Source: Azolla caroliniana (Eukaryota > Plantae > Polypodiophyta). From it: a stretch of 64,000 nucleotides of DNA. The position numbers and the translations under genes are program-made. A model generated the notes under the pieces. It was given only the letters and a program-made list of their open reading frames with translations. It did not search any database and was not told the DNA's origin. Positions 48,801-61,982 of this stretch are shown here, one piece after another. The stretch covers positions 682,001 through 746,000 of the forward strand of contig JBHGNT010000015.1 in the NCBI GenBank assembly GCA_043228905.1, given 5' to 3'. The first letter of the stretch is position 1; every line of letters begins with the position of its first letter.

Positions 48801-50751
48801 TATTTATCTTTGTCTAGTTGTTGGCTCTGAGGTTTACGCCATAGCATCAAAGTCATAAAATTGAGAGCACCGAAGTTTGATGCTCCTCATGCGCTATGCC
48901 GCATCTCATAGATCGTTAAAATAACTAAGTGAGAACATGGTTCACAACACATTGCTTAAAAAATCACGAAATTGTTATTCATTATTAGCTCCCAGAAGTT
49001 CTATTGAACACTCTAAAGAGCAATAAGAATTAATATATAACGACATCAAGACACAATCTTGACTATGGCTTAGTGGTGGTTGACTCTATAATGCATTTTG
49101 ACTTTATCATTGCAAAGTAGAGATGAAATACCTTTGTGGAACATACAAACATGTTGCTCTCTCCCATGATATATGAGATGGTGAATTGATGGACATTTCG
49201 ATCAAAAGTATGCAAATGCAGTACGTCGTAAATGTCAAGAATTTTACTAATATTTAAAAAATCCTTGAAAGTTTAATCTTACTCATGAGTAGTGATTATT
49301 CAGCATGATCGATCTTTATGTTGAATCAAAATACTCAATGTGCTCAATTCCACATTGACGTTGGGGCAACGTTGACATTTATCTATGTGAATTATCCAAC
49401 TTGATTGGCTTTATATGATACTTCCCGAATCAAATAAATAATGTTAAACCATTTTAAACATAGGCACCCATACAAAGTCAACCTCAGTTTTCATATTGTC
49501 AGATTAAGAATTTGGGACAAATTCACGAAAATCTCATGTTTCACAAGATTCATTGACTTACATTGTAGGCTCCATTCAATCTCAAATCAACGAGTTTATA
49601 AAAAAGTACTCTAGTGCAAGCACGTACAAGTTTCAATATAAGGAGAACAATCTAGGATTTTCATGGTGAGAAACACCAGTACTCAAAGATGCCCACAACA
49701 TCATTGCAAATGGTTTATACAATATCACCTTTTACTAAAGCAATGAAGAATGTGCATACTTATTATATCTAGTGTACCCTTGCTCGAAAAGATGTCAAGA
49801 TGGTGATTAGATTTCATTAGGTGTGCTCAATTGTATAATATCTAGTGTGAGGGGATCAACAAACCTAGGTTATTTATTAAATCAAGTTAAGTTCATGTTT
49901 AGCTTGAAGAACTTTGGAAAGGTACATCTTGTCCACGTTATGCCTAGAACCAAGCAAAGTAGATTCTCTTTATCTCTTATTGTCTCTATGTTGTCTACCA
50001 TATGGGCTAGAGAGTCCTAAATGCTTGAGTTCATATATCCAACACCTAATCTACCACTAGTTTTAAACAAGTTTATGTGCATCAACTAACTTCATGGATG
50101 ACCAACTAGCTAATTTACTTATGTATTCCTTTTTAATTGATAATGCATGCTTCAGAAGAGGATCAAGTAGAAAAGGATTGCTTTTCTTTTTCTAGTTTTC
50201 TACAATCCTAAAGCTAATGCACTACCATGAGATATCATGATTGTTGCGCTGAGAGTTTATGGCACACACATGTGTTCTTAACATTCTAATCTTCGTATAT
50301 CTTGACATCAATGCTCATTAACAATCTGGTTTTCATTAGATCAGGAACTGAACTTTTGACAACACATGTACACTACAAAAATTCAAATTTTGATACATAC
50401 GTACACTCATCACCACAAAGAAAATTTGATTGATCGGCAGTAGGGAGGGATTGCTACCCAAAGCAATGATCAGGAATATTTTGTGAATAGACAAATAACA
50501 CCTTCAAGTTTCAATCTAACATTAATCCAAATTTGACAAAATACAAAGCATATATCCTTTCACCATAAAAGAGAAATTTGGTTGATCACTACTATGTGAG
50601 GGACTGCTAACTGAGGCTTACATCCCTATATGCTATGGCCTATGGTCCATGAAATTCTCGCCTCTAAAAGCACAATTTACAAAGAAGAGAATTTACTCCA
50701 ATATGTCCAAATGACGACCAAACAAAAATTGATTCAAAATCCAATGTTCCG

Positions 50752-53700
50752 TTAATCTCTTTCATCTTCTGAATTCTCATATGCCAAACCTAATAAGCTT
50801 CCAGTTTTTATCTGGTTTGTCTGTGTCTGTTCTTTATCTGAAGTCTCCAATTGTCTTCTGACAGCTGAACTATCATCAGAACCTGAGCTATAATCCCTTT
50901 GCTTTTCTTTTTCAATGGTTGGCACAGATTCATCCTTCTTTTTGGGCTTAATGTTTTTCAGCAGTACTCGTTGTCTGTTATAATCAAGTATACCATATAT
51001 CAAAAAAAGATTATAACATACATAAAAGCGACACAATGATACTTCCAAAACTTACCTTATCCCACTGCGAGGCTTTGGCTCTACCCTAAGGGGTAGAGGT
51101 AGGGGTAGAGATGAAGCTGATGCATCAGCTATACTGGCTGCTTTGTAAAGGAGGTTATGTCAAGGGTAACCAAAAGCAAACACACAAAAAATGTGGGCTT
51201 TCCAAAACAACTTCAAACTAAGAAAACTAGAGGAAAAACTCCGAAATATCCATGTTTATCTTTTTTTTCTCGGATGTCTGTTAAGGTTCTGTTTTTCAAC
51301 CTCACCTAGATCAATTGCATGTGCTATTCAAGCAATCACAATGTCAGTTCATCCCCTTTTTCTTGTATATCTGTGCTATTTGACCAGCTATATGGTAAAT
51401 TCATCTTCTATTTCTCTCTTTTGGGGGTTGACCGGGGGGGAGCAAAGAAAAACTTGAGTATTTGGGAGTTTTCCCAAATTTTAGTTTTTTTCAAAACCAT
51501 TCAGATCAAGCAATAAAATTTTCAAGGATATTCTAAAGGCTGCAAAAGCCCTCTTCTCAGTTCTGCGGCGAAGGCGTTCTGCATCATCTTCTGCTTCCAT
51601 TTGCTCTTTTAAGTAGAGCAAATCATCACTATCCAGAGCTGAATGTCTCCAAAATCCATGTGTTCCATTAGGATAAGGCTAGTAAGATAAGAAAATGATT
51701 AGAATAAAAAATTAATGGTAAAGTGACAGAAAATGATACCCCCACGACCGTGAAGATAACCACCACGTTCACCAGCTACTTCCTGCATCTGTTGTTATTA
51801 CACACCCAAGTGCCACGCCAGAATCCCTGTCAGGGCAAGTTCTCAGAAAACGTAATACATAGAGAAACAAAAACAAGAAGAGACAGTCTGTGATTCAAAG
51901 TCATATCAACATAACCTTATAACTTGAGATGATAATCCCGGTTATGTTTGTCATTCAAAATGTACAATGAATCTGATAATATAATACTGAATTGAAACCC
52001 AATTCATGTATAGAATTATCACTCAAAAATGTATTGCAGGCCAGATTAGTGAACCAAACCAATTCATGAATATATCCATCTCCAAAATAACTACTGAGTT
52101 GGCACTTGTTGAATTTATAATTTGACAAGCCAATACAATTTATGTTTGCCTTCCAGAATTCAGGACAAATCTTACTGAATTAAAGCCTAGTTAATCGATA
52201 GAACAATAATAATTCAAAAACATATTATTGGCCTAATTGCTGAACCAAACCCAATTCCTCCATACATCCATCTCCAAATTTGGTATTGAATTTCCATCAG
52301 AGTAATTATAAAGCCCAAACAAAATCATTGTATTTTTTAATTCATTCTGATATCATAAATAACAAAAGCTTGCAAAATACAAAGTTTAACATTAACAAGC
52401 ACGATCGACTAACCTTGGCTACCATCCTTTTGAAAGCCACATCTTCATCATCCACCTTCTCTTTGCCGCCTTTCCCCCATTTTTTGTCTGTGAAAGGATC
52501 AAATCAATACAGTAAATTACTTAAAAGTTCAAAGAATATGAAGTTTAAAGGACTATGAACTTATTTCGAATGCATGCACCCAATAAACCATAAAACCAGA
52601 GTCAGAGGATACCAATAACTGGAGTAAGAAAACAAACAAATAGCATGCCCAAAGCTGTCAGATTTTGATGGTTATTTCAGGGAGTCGCTCTAAAATACAA
52701 TCCTGGGATAAAATTTTGGACAATAGCCATATTTTTCTACTAATTGGGGCATTCAGGTCTTACAATATCCTCCACTTTTGGTTTGTTCTAGACACCAATT
52801 TTAGCAGTTTACCATTCAGGTTGGTCTGGATGTTCAGAGGTATACTAGTGCCTCAATGTAGGTCTGTCTGGGCACTCATACTCTAATCCCCATCACTTGA
52901 TGCGAACAGTCCATCGTATACTGAGGAAGTCTGTGTTGGCTAACATGGGAATGAAGATAATCCCCTAACTGTTCTTTGAGTCCCATAAGATATTTTATAG
53001 TGCATCATCATCATTGATTTTGGATGCAATCACTGTACTTTTCCATTGCATAACTCTACACCATCCAACATCGGCCACAATGTCCCCTCACCACCATGCA
53101 TCCAATTCATAGTCATGTACTTCACACTTGTAGAACCATCCCACAAATCATTACCGATTTTAAATCCATTTGATGCATTAAAAAAATGTTCATGGATATC
53201 TAGGAAGTCTAGCGGTTTTATTTTTCAGTATGAATAACCTGAAGTTAATCATATTTGTTCTCAGTTGGTGACATATTAACCTTTACATACTAGGTCATAC
53301 TCTTCTGCTACAATGGTACACTGTGCATATTGGACTTCAGTCTTCACATACTAAAACCTTCTAGAAGTTTTTAATTTAACAAGGAGCAATGATATCTTTA
53401 CATACAAGACAAACTCCCCTTAGTATAACTCATATAGTGTTAGGAGACGCATCTGTTGGCTATGTGACAGGTTACATGAGATGTTTTAATACCAGGTCAT
53501 CATCATCATCATTAATTCTATGTCTATGTGTCATATTAAGATTTACAAGCTAGTTAATTCAAAGATATTCCTCTCCTCTTAAACTGCAAATACTGGAGTT
53601 CACAAAATAAAGAACTTCACAGGGTTCTAAACATACTAGACAAATTTTAGACTCTTTTAACAAGAATTGATAATAGCTTCTCGCCAACATACAAATTTTG

Positions 53701-54280
53701 TGGACCCGAGCATACACTTCCAGAACATATGGTCTCTAGGTTAAATGACAATTGTAATGTGCACTGAAAATGCTTGGTAAGCAATGTACCCTATTTGCAA
53801 GTTGCATAAAGATGGACTTTCCTCATTTTCGTGAAGTTTCAATCAATGACTAGGTAAAAAGACACTTTTCAGAGTGCACTGTGTATTCAATCTTCTTGTC
53901 CTTTCTATTTTCAAAGTTTCAGGAAATTAGACTTGTAGTGCACTCTAGCAAGATTGTGTTTTTCCCGACGTTTCTTCTGTGTAACTGTTTCGATCAGATT
54001 TATTTTTTCTTCCTTCGTCATCTTCCACCTCCTCTCAAACATCAACCATATCCTTCCGAGTAGAGAGAAAAGTAAAACCTCCCCTAAAAAGAAAACAATC
54101 GGTACTGACCTAGAGTTTAAACAGAGAACGCAAGTCAAGCCTGCGGGCACTCCAAAGCACAACTCCAACATCTATGATCGACGGAGAGATGAAGAAAAAC
54201 GCAAAGATGCAGGGACAGAGACGCGGCTTACCTTTGGGATCGCTGAGATTTGTGTATTCGCGGACCTCTCTTCCTGCCAT
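50752..54280 (-). CDS. Conserved plant protein of unknown function (weakly FAM192A/NIP30-like); exons 54280-54232, 52487-52414, 51788-51740, 51638-51532, 51144-51056, 50974-50752
   Basis: Splicing gives MAGREVREYTNLSDPKDKKWGKGGKEKVDDEDVAFKRMVAKMQEVAGERGGYLHGRGALDSDDLLYLKEQMEAEDDAERLRRRTEKRAFAAFR|KAASIADAS...LRVEPKPRSGIRQRVLLKNIKPK...LLGLAYENSEDERD*. All phases are consistent, and I recognise the N-terminus as conserved in land plants. The family assignment is inference. Confidence 0.88.
51145..51531 (-). other. U12-type (minor spliceosome) AT-AC intron
   Basis: 5' splice site ATATCCTT (51531-51524); branch site ACCCTTGAC (51167-51159); 3' end ...CTTTAC| at 51145. The frame is preserved across the junction. 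Confidence 0.92.
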
Positions 54281-54374
54281 GAAAGCCGATAGAACTGTAG
54301 AAGGGCGGGCATGCTATAGCCTACGCCTGCAGAGAATTCGATCCCTTATACTATAAAAAACAAGAAAAACATCA

Positions 54375-54940
54375 GGAAAATTTAGCCGAATACCCCCTAG
54401 GTTTCCATTTATTTCCTTCCAATGCCCCTACAGTTCCACAGAACCGTAGTTTTAACGGTTTAATGGTTTGAATGTCTATAAAAACCATTTGGTTTGAGCT
54501 TAAATTTTTTGTGACGGCTCAATTTAAATGGTTTAGGTTTAAACAATTTCGTGGTTCGGTTCGGTTCAGTTTAAGTTCCAATTTTTTTAAACAGTTTAAG
54601 TTTGACACTCTCAAACCGAACCGTTGTCGATTGTTACTTGTCGATATCTCTCACTTGTTGTCACTTTTAACTTGTCACACACCCATGATGAATCGTTGAA
54701 CGTATATAACCTCCATCACGAAGAACTTGAGACGAATTGGTTCAGTTTAAGTTTCAAATTTTTTTTAACGGTTTGAGTTCGACACTCTCAAACCAAACCG
54801 TTGTCAATTGTTACTTGTCAATATCTCTCACTTGTTGTCACTTTTTACTTGTCACACACCCGTGATGAATCGTTGAATGTATATACCTTTCATGAGATCT
54901 ATGTAAACTCCATCACGAAGAACTTGAGACGAATTGGATC
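54375..54940. mobile_element. One-ended Mutator-like TIR with subterminal repeats in the promoter of the 50752-54280 gene
   Basis: GGAAAATTTAGCCGAATACCCCCTAG...TATTT...AATGCCCCT..AGTTCC resembles the 29358 MITE TIR. A ~175-bp duplication lies at ~54560-54740 / ~54740-54935. Confidence 0.45.
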
Positions 54941-57570
54941 CTTATTGCTTGCATTTCCAGGTGTTGTGTGTCGATGCATGTGTGCACATAGATTTTCCCG
55001 ACTATTCTCGCCTCCGCTTTGGCATGCGCGCTTAATTTACTTGACTTGTGCCTTTCACCAAGGTGTTCACGATTTGATTGGTTGAGATGCTTCAAGACAC
55101 TTCTACCTTCGACGAGATATGTGTGACCTTACGTAAACAAAAGCCAAACAAAAAGCTCGGATGCGACATGTTTAAGAGTTCTTCTGAAACACACATGACA
55201 ATAGTGGAGGTTGGATTGTGTGCGTAAGGAGTCTTAACTTGCAAGAGGCTACTTTGTGTGGGTAAAAAGTAGTGAATCTATTGGAACTAAAAATCTTCAC
55301 CCAAGTGGGGTTCTCGAGCATGGGAAGCTCGAAACCACGCACCATTGGCCCAAATAGGTTGTTTCCAATTAAAAAATGTAGAGTTGTCTTAGTAAAACTG
55401 AATAGTATGTGTAGTTGGACTATGTTCATACAATGCATGATTAAAACATGAGGAGAAGCCTAAATGAATTGCGCATGGCTCTTCAAGTTCAATTTACCCA
55501 TTCTCACGTTCTCTAGTAAATATGTGTAAAGAATCGTGGTATGATTCCGTGCAACGGAATAGGTTAGAGATGTGTTGTGTGTGTGTGTGTGTGTTTGAGA
55601 AGAGGAAAGGAGAGAGACACATCATAGATAAAAAATGAATACTCAAGAAGATGTATATTACAAAGGAGATTTAATCAACACATTACAAAGTAGGAGGAGG
55701 GTACTTTATATAGTCACCATCTCTCTTCATTAACTACCGAAGCTCATCAGTCATAGGGAATGTGGAAACTCATTAGTTATGTGTCATAGAATATGCTACA
55801 AAATTAGTGGTGACTTTTGACCTTTGAGTGTTCATACACTCTCAAGGTGTGTTCACGCACTAGACTAGGTTGAGCTTGATTCTCAACAATATGGATATTG
55901 CACTTCGAGCAAAAAACATGACCTATGGAGTTTTCGAAATCTAGAGAGAGAAAGCAATGATAATATGTTTGTCAAACAAATTAAATTCGAATAGGTTAAT
56001 GTATAAGACAAGGAAAACAAAATCATCCTATCAATAGAAAAATGAGCAAAATAGTTTTTTTCTTTGAGTTGAGACGAAAGAATATAATGGTATGTAAATT
56101 TTTGAAGAATCATTTTGAGGGGACTAAGTGGTCATATTGATATTGATTCCCCAATTCTATGAACAAATTGGCTAAACACTACACTGTATGTCATTTTCCT
56201 TTCCATTGTGCGCAATTTTCTCTCTCACTTGTGCATCATATGGCACAATAACTTTTGGTATAATATATGTGATGTGTATGACTTGAATAGACAACTCTAT
56301 TTAAGTGATGTGCTTGTTGCCAAAGATCAAATCGTCTATAGGTTGATTGATGCAAAATATTGGAAGATGATGCATTGTCAATGTGTGAACACATGTTTTG
56401 GTTATATGATAGTGTGTAAAGTCACAAAGTTGTGACCATGACCAATGGCGATATATATCTAAATAGTATGAAACAAATTTCCATTTCTTCTTCTCATTCT
56501 TTGCTAAATACATGGATAAAGGTTGTTTGATGGACATGTGACAAGCAAAGACATGATGTAGATTGCCCTTATTTATAAAGTAGACAAGTGAGAAATTTTG
56601 AGGTCCACTGGTTATTTTGCGTGGTGGGTCATTATCTTTTTCTTTTTCTTTAAAATCATGTGTATTAAGTAAAGAAATGTAGTAATGCCTTGCTTGAGCA
56701 TGATGTCTATGGGCTCCATTGAAGTTCTTGACTTAGAAGGGGTCTCTCATACAAAAGTACATAACCTAGGGTCACCAAAGTTTAGTATAGAAAATCACAA
56801 TATAAAGAATAAGATAACAAGAACAAAGACATTACGAGACGAAATGATCCACGCCAAAATAATCTTCATCAATATATTTAATTCATCCAAATATATCGTC
56901 TCATAAGGCATTTTGCAAACACATCATTGGCCATCGGGCTTAGCATAAGTCCTTGTTACATGGCGATTTGTCTCCCCGTTCGATGCACGACATGTGACTT
57001 ACAAATGTTTATGCATGCTTTCGATCCTAAGTCATGTTCCAACGTCCATCATGCCCGCTTCATGTCATTTATTATTTGGTGTCCATTTCTTTCTATCTTT
57101 CACTTTTCCTTCTTTTTACTCGTCCATTCACCCATAGTTTTAGCTAGGATTGAGTAATTTAAATATTAACAAACTATCCTGAGTATAAGAGCCATTTTTT
57201 ACCAAATATATTATATTGTACCTTCCATCGACCTCAAGGATGATATTAGAGTGAGAAGACCACGGAACTAGCATTCCTTATCTTAACTCTTATATTTGAC
57301 TCATTAATCCATAAATCCAACAAATCCACTTTCATATATACATAGCTCGATTATTTGGATATGGGTTTTGCCCAAATCACGAAATGGAGCCTTCAAATGA
57401 CACTATCCCTAGATTGGGTTCCAAACGCCAAAAGAAGAAGATTTTAAAAAAAAAAACTCTACATGAGACATGGCATTTCCATATGCTAATCATAGCTAGG
57501 TTTTTGGCCTGCCCATATAAAATTGAGGGGGTACAAGATGCGGATTCAAGAAATCCTTGAATTCATTTCG

Positions 57571-57835
57571 GACTCTCCAAGATCTAGATGTTGGGATTAT
57601 CAAAGACACTTTGGGTCGAAGCGAACGTTGAAGAAGTGGTGTTCGAGGATTGCCTTCGTTACAGACTCTCCAAGATCTAGATGTTGGGATTATCAAAGAC
57701 ACTTTGGGTCGAAGCGAACATTGAAGAAGAGGTGTCCAATGATTGCCTTCGTTCCAGATTCTCCAAGATCTTGCGATTATCAAAGAAACTTTGAGTAGAG
57801 CCAATATCGAGGGTCGAAGAAGGTGTGTTCGAGGA
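57571..57835. repeat. Tandem repeat, ~3 x 93 bp
   Basis: 'ga(c/t)tctccaagatct' at 57571, 57664 and 57757. Confidence 0.88.
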
Positions 57836-58077
57836 TTTCCTGGAGGGAAGGGAAGGGAAGGAAGGGGGGGGGGGGCATTAAAAGCAAGAAAAGGGCTTAT
57901 CAACCAACAATGTAGGTCATTTTCACGTGTGGGCGGGACATGCCGACAACCACATTCAATACAAGTGTAGATCTTTAATTTTTCACATCAAGGTGGTTGG
58001 GCAAAGAAGTTAAAAAAAATGTACACATTGGGCACAGAGTAAATGGTTAATACTAAAAAGACACATATGTACATACA

Positions 58078-58080
<3 letters not shown>

Positions 58081-58122
<42 letters not shown>
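58081..58122. repeat. (AG)n microsatellite
   Basis: Direct reading. Confidence 0.9.
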
Positions 58123-58125
<3 letters not shown>

Positions 58126-58345
58126 TGGAGCATACCCTAAGTTAGCAACACCACCATGCCTTGCCTGCATTGCTAGGGTTTGATGGTGGATGTGTGACCA
58201 CAGATCTGAGAAAAACCAAGGAAAAGGATATTGCAAACATGAGATCTTGTTATAATTGCATTGAATTTTTTGATTCACATACATAACATATGTAAAAAGA
58301 AACCATGGCAACACACATGTATAAAGACACAAAAACAGCATATAC

Positions 58346-58925
58346 CTTGACCAATGATTATGGTTGCAAAGAGAAGTGTGAATATGAGTGCCCACATTGA
58401 TGAAGAAGAAGAAGAGGAGGAGGAGCTTCTCATCCTCCTCCTCCTGGGAGAGAAGGAAGGAGGAGAAGAAGATGAATAGGAAGATGAGTAAGAGGAGGTT
58501 CTCATGAGAAGGATCGTGTCCGAAGATCGGCCGAACTTACCCTTCTCGGTATCAGAAGACAATGAATTCGGGGTTTTCGGGGGCCTCGGCGGTTTCTTGC
58601 ATGAAGGCTTCCCTCCTGAGCCACCATTGATTTCTTTCTTACATGGGAAACTGCCCACTCTAGATAGCACTTGCTTGTTACCTCCTTTCTCACTGCCTAC
58701 ATCCTCTATTGCTAAGCAAAACATGGACTCTGAGAAGGATCTTGTTAGATGAGCCTTCACATGAGGCTCTGCCTCATGACCTTGTTTGCATTGGTCATGG
58801 GCATGATCTGCATTTACTGTAGAGAAGAAGAATTCATTGATCAATGTATTGAGTTGGATCTCTAAGACCATCTCCTTGGATGGGGAAGAGGAGAGAGGCA
58901 ATGGTGAGCTAGCTGTGGTGCTCAT
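58346..58925 (-). CDS. Plant KPPRPP-motif protein with C-terminal transmembrane helix (exon 1; probable exon 2 starts at 58205)
   Basis: KPSCKKPPRPPK ... SSSSSSMWALIFTLLFATIIIGQG|gtatat matches a known plant uncharacterised TM family pattern (KPPRPP ... S-run ... AM.FT.LF..II.QG). A phase-compatible acceptor ctcag| lies at 58206. The 3' end is unresolved. Confidence 0.72.
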
Positions 58926-59114
58926 GGTAGCAAGAGGAAGGGGAATGATCCAGATATCTATTTATCTATCTATCTATGACATAATAGGAAGAAGCTATAG
59001 AATATAGGAGCTTCATGAGAGACAGAGATAGGGAGATAGAAACTCTTTTCCTTTTTAACATATGCTTGCTTCACAAGAAGAAAAAAACACCATACCAAGG
59101 TCAAAAGGGCATAC

Positions 59115-59116
<2 letters not shown>

Positions 59117-59163
<47 letters not shown>
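59117..59163. repeat. (AG)n microsatellite
   Basis: Direct reading. Confidence 0.9.
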
Positions 59164-59167
<4 letters not shown>

Positions 59168-59204
59168 TCAATTCATGTCTTAGACATGTGACTCTACTTA
59201 GTAT

Positions 59205-61600
59205 TAGAAACTTAGATGTCTCTTTGAGGGGGGCCTGCATTGTGTTGGGTACGAGAACAAATTCTCTTGGAAATCGATTTGCCAGCAACACATTTCCCGG
59301 CAAATACTAGATGAAACTAAAACTTTTTCGAGCCACACTTGTAGTGCCATATGGCTTATGTTTGAATCGCAAGGGTTTCATGACTCTAGAGTGCATGATA
59401 TTACGTTGGAACAACATCTTTCACAACACTATAAGGCGAGAATAACAAGTTGTGGTGAAATTGAGGTTGTCTCACCATACTACCCATGTGAAGCTCTATG
59501 AATATGAAAGGCTTTTGAAGGTTCAGATGTAGGAGTGTTTGAAAATGGATTCACAATGATTGGATGCCCCTATAATATCTAAAATATGCTCTTTAAAGGT
59601 GAGTGTTTGTGTAGTAACAAGCTCCACCTACTTGGCCTTGTTCTAAGAACCTTGATGAAACTAACGTCATTTTATCTAACTTTTACTACCTTGGTTGGCT
59701 TGAATTTTATATGGGGTTATTTCAACGTGTGTTTATTGTATCGATATCATGGCTTCCCATAGTTAATTCATTTGCACTACCTGCTCCTTTTCGGACATTA
59801 CATTGTCGAAATTCCAGTACGAGGATGTAGTGGCAAAGCTTGTGCTTTGCAACAACGTTGAGGTTTTGGATTCGAGTGTTATGCAATGTGTTTAATAATA
59901 CATTCACTATAAATACTCTTGATAATTTTAGTTTGAGGTACTCTTCATGGTTTAATTGGAGATCGTGCACTTTGGTCGTGCTTTAAGGCTTTACCAGCAT
60001 TGACATTTTATTCTAGATTCACCTTCACAACATTGACTTTTCTTTTCCACAACAAGAGGAGCAAAAATTGTAGTCTTGCTCCTTAAAATTACGAAATGAT
60101 AAAAACAATTTTGTGTTGCATTGAACAGACATTGCTAAAAAAATTAAACAAGCCATTACTACAATAATGTTTTTGCCAAAACAATGAAGTAGAAGCTTCT
60201 AAGCACATATTCATTCATAATGTAAGAAGATATGGATCTTATGGTTCCTTTATACTTCAGTGTTAAATTGTCTACTTGATGCCTTCTTTCACATTTCTTA
60301 ATTGAACATCACAAATTAGGATATTGTTTGATTATGAGACTAACATACTATTTAGTTATCCAAAATTGAAATCCTTGTTGTGAGTACATGAGAATGATTG
60401 CGAACTCATACCAATAAAGTATAGATCTATGAACTAGGATTCAAGCATATTATAGAAATTAGATTAGAGATTAAATTCTTTGAATACTGAATCACCACAA
60501 TTGTAAGTAGATCTCGAACAAGATGGCTTCACTAAAAGTTCACCTTGATAACGAGACAAAGGAGAGGAAGTCATGGTATCATGTTCCTTCAGTTGTAGCT
60601 TGAAAATTATTTGAGAAAGTTGTGGAATTGTGTTCCCTCAATTGGATTAGGAAGTCAGTTGTACTCTTAGTTTTATTTGCAACATCCTTTCATAAACAAT
60701 GTGTTCATCTTGTGTCCACTCATAAATGCTTTTGGTCATTAAAACTCTTAAGTATTGAACTTCTAAGATATCTACCATACACTTGAGAGAGGAGGTTAAA
60801 AAGTTTACTTTCCACCATTTTGTCTCTTAAAAAGTTTACTCCTTTCAAGTTTCGCCTTCATGCTAAGCTTCTTGTTAGCATATCACATGGATGGCAACAG
60901 TTTCTCTCTAAATGTTTACCTATTGTTCTCGAGGTTCTAAAGGACAATTATTCTCAAAGTGATGATACAAATTATAGAACACAATATCGTAGTGAATCAA
61001 GTCGTGCATAGTGCAAAGTAATAATAGGTTATTAATCATTATCCATAAGTAGTGTCAATATTACATGATTGGGACTGAATCAATATTGCTAAGACATATC
61101 CACATGGGATTTTCTCTTTAAGTTGCTTATTATTTTCAATGTCGCTATTTAATGATTATTATCTATGCATGAAATTGACTTTGCCTTGACTGTTTGCCCG
61201 CCCGATTCAACAATTACATTGGATTTTACTAACGCTTCCCTTCTTTGATAATATTAAATTTTGCTCATGAAGTGTAATTTGTGAGTGACTTACCTAAGGA
61301 AGAATTTTGTCGATTGGATTTCGAATGACCATAGTATATAACATATACAATATAGAGCTATGTTGGATGTAACAATTGCATATACAAAGCATTGATATTC
61401 CTCAAGAGCTAATAACGTGGGCCTTCGTTGAATTATAATGAGTGCTAAGATTCAGCCTTCAAGGATTATAAAGCGTTGTTATTAAGAGTGTTTTGAATCT
61501 TTACACTGGAAGTATTGATAAATATTCCATTTGTATGTATTAAAGGTCAAGCAAATTACAATAACCTAAATTGCATGCACACTAAAATTGTATCTAGATT
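59205..61600 (+). pseudogene. Unassigned decayed intronless coding-like region
   Basis: Successive long plus-strand reading stretches linked by frameshifts and isolated stops, e.g. a ~97-codon open stretch at 59208-59498. No RT, integrase or transposase motif recognised. Confidence 0.4.
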
Positions 61601-61982
61601 CCTTCTTATCACAAAAATGTCTCTATTTGGCTTTTATATTGCATAAAAACTTATGATGATCCAGTTTTCAACAAGTTGTGATTACTAAGATGGAATGCAA
61701 AGGTTTTAACTGCTTAAAAACAAGTGTAATCATGCCGACATGGTTAAGTATGCTCGAATAAATAAAATCTAAAAGTCAATTATGTGTAGGGCCACAAACA
61801 TTAATATCATCAAATCATGTTTTACATGTTTGTCACTATCCAAATAGTACTGTTTTTTCTCAGCACTTGGAAAATTAGATATCTATAAATGTGAAGCTTT
61901 ACTTCACATCTATGATGTATTATTTCGTGTTTTGTCACATCAACAACAAAGGGAAGAAGTTTAGTATGCGTACACACAAGAA

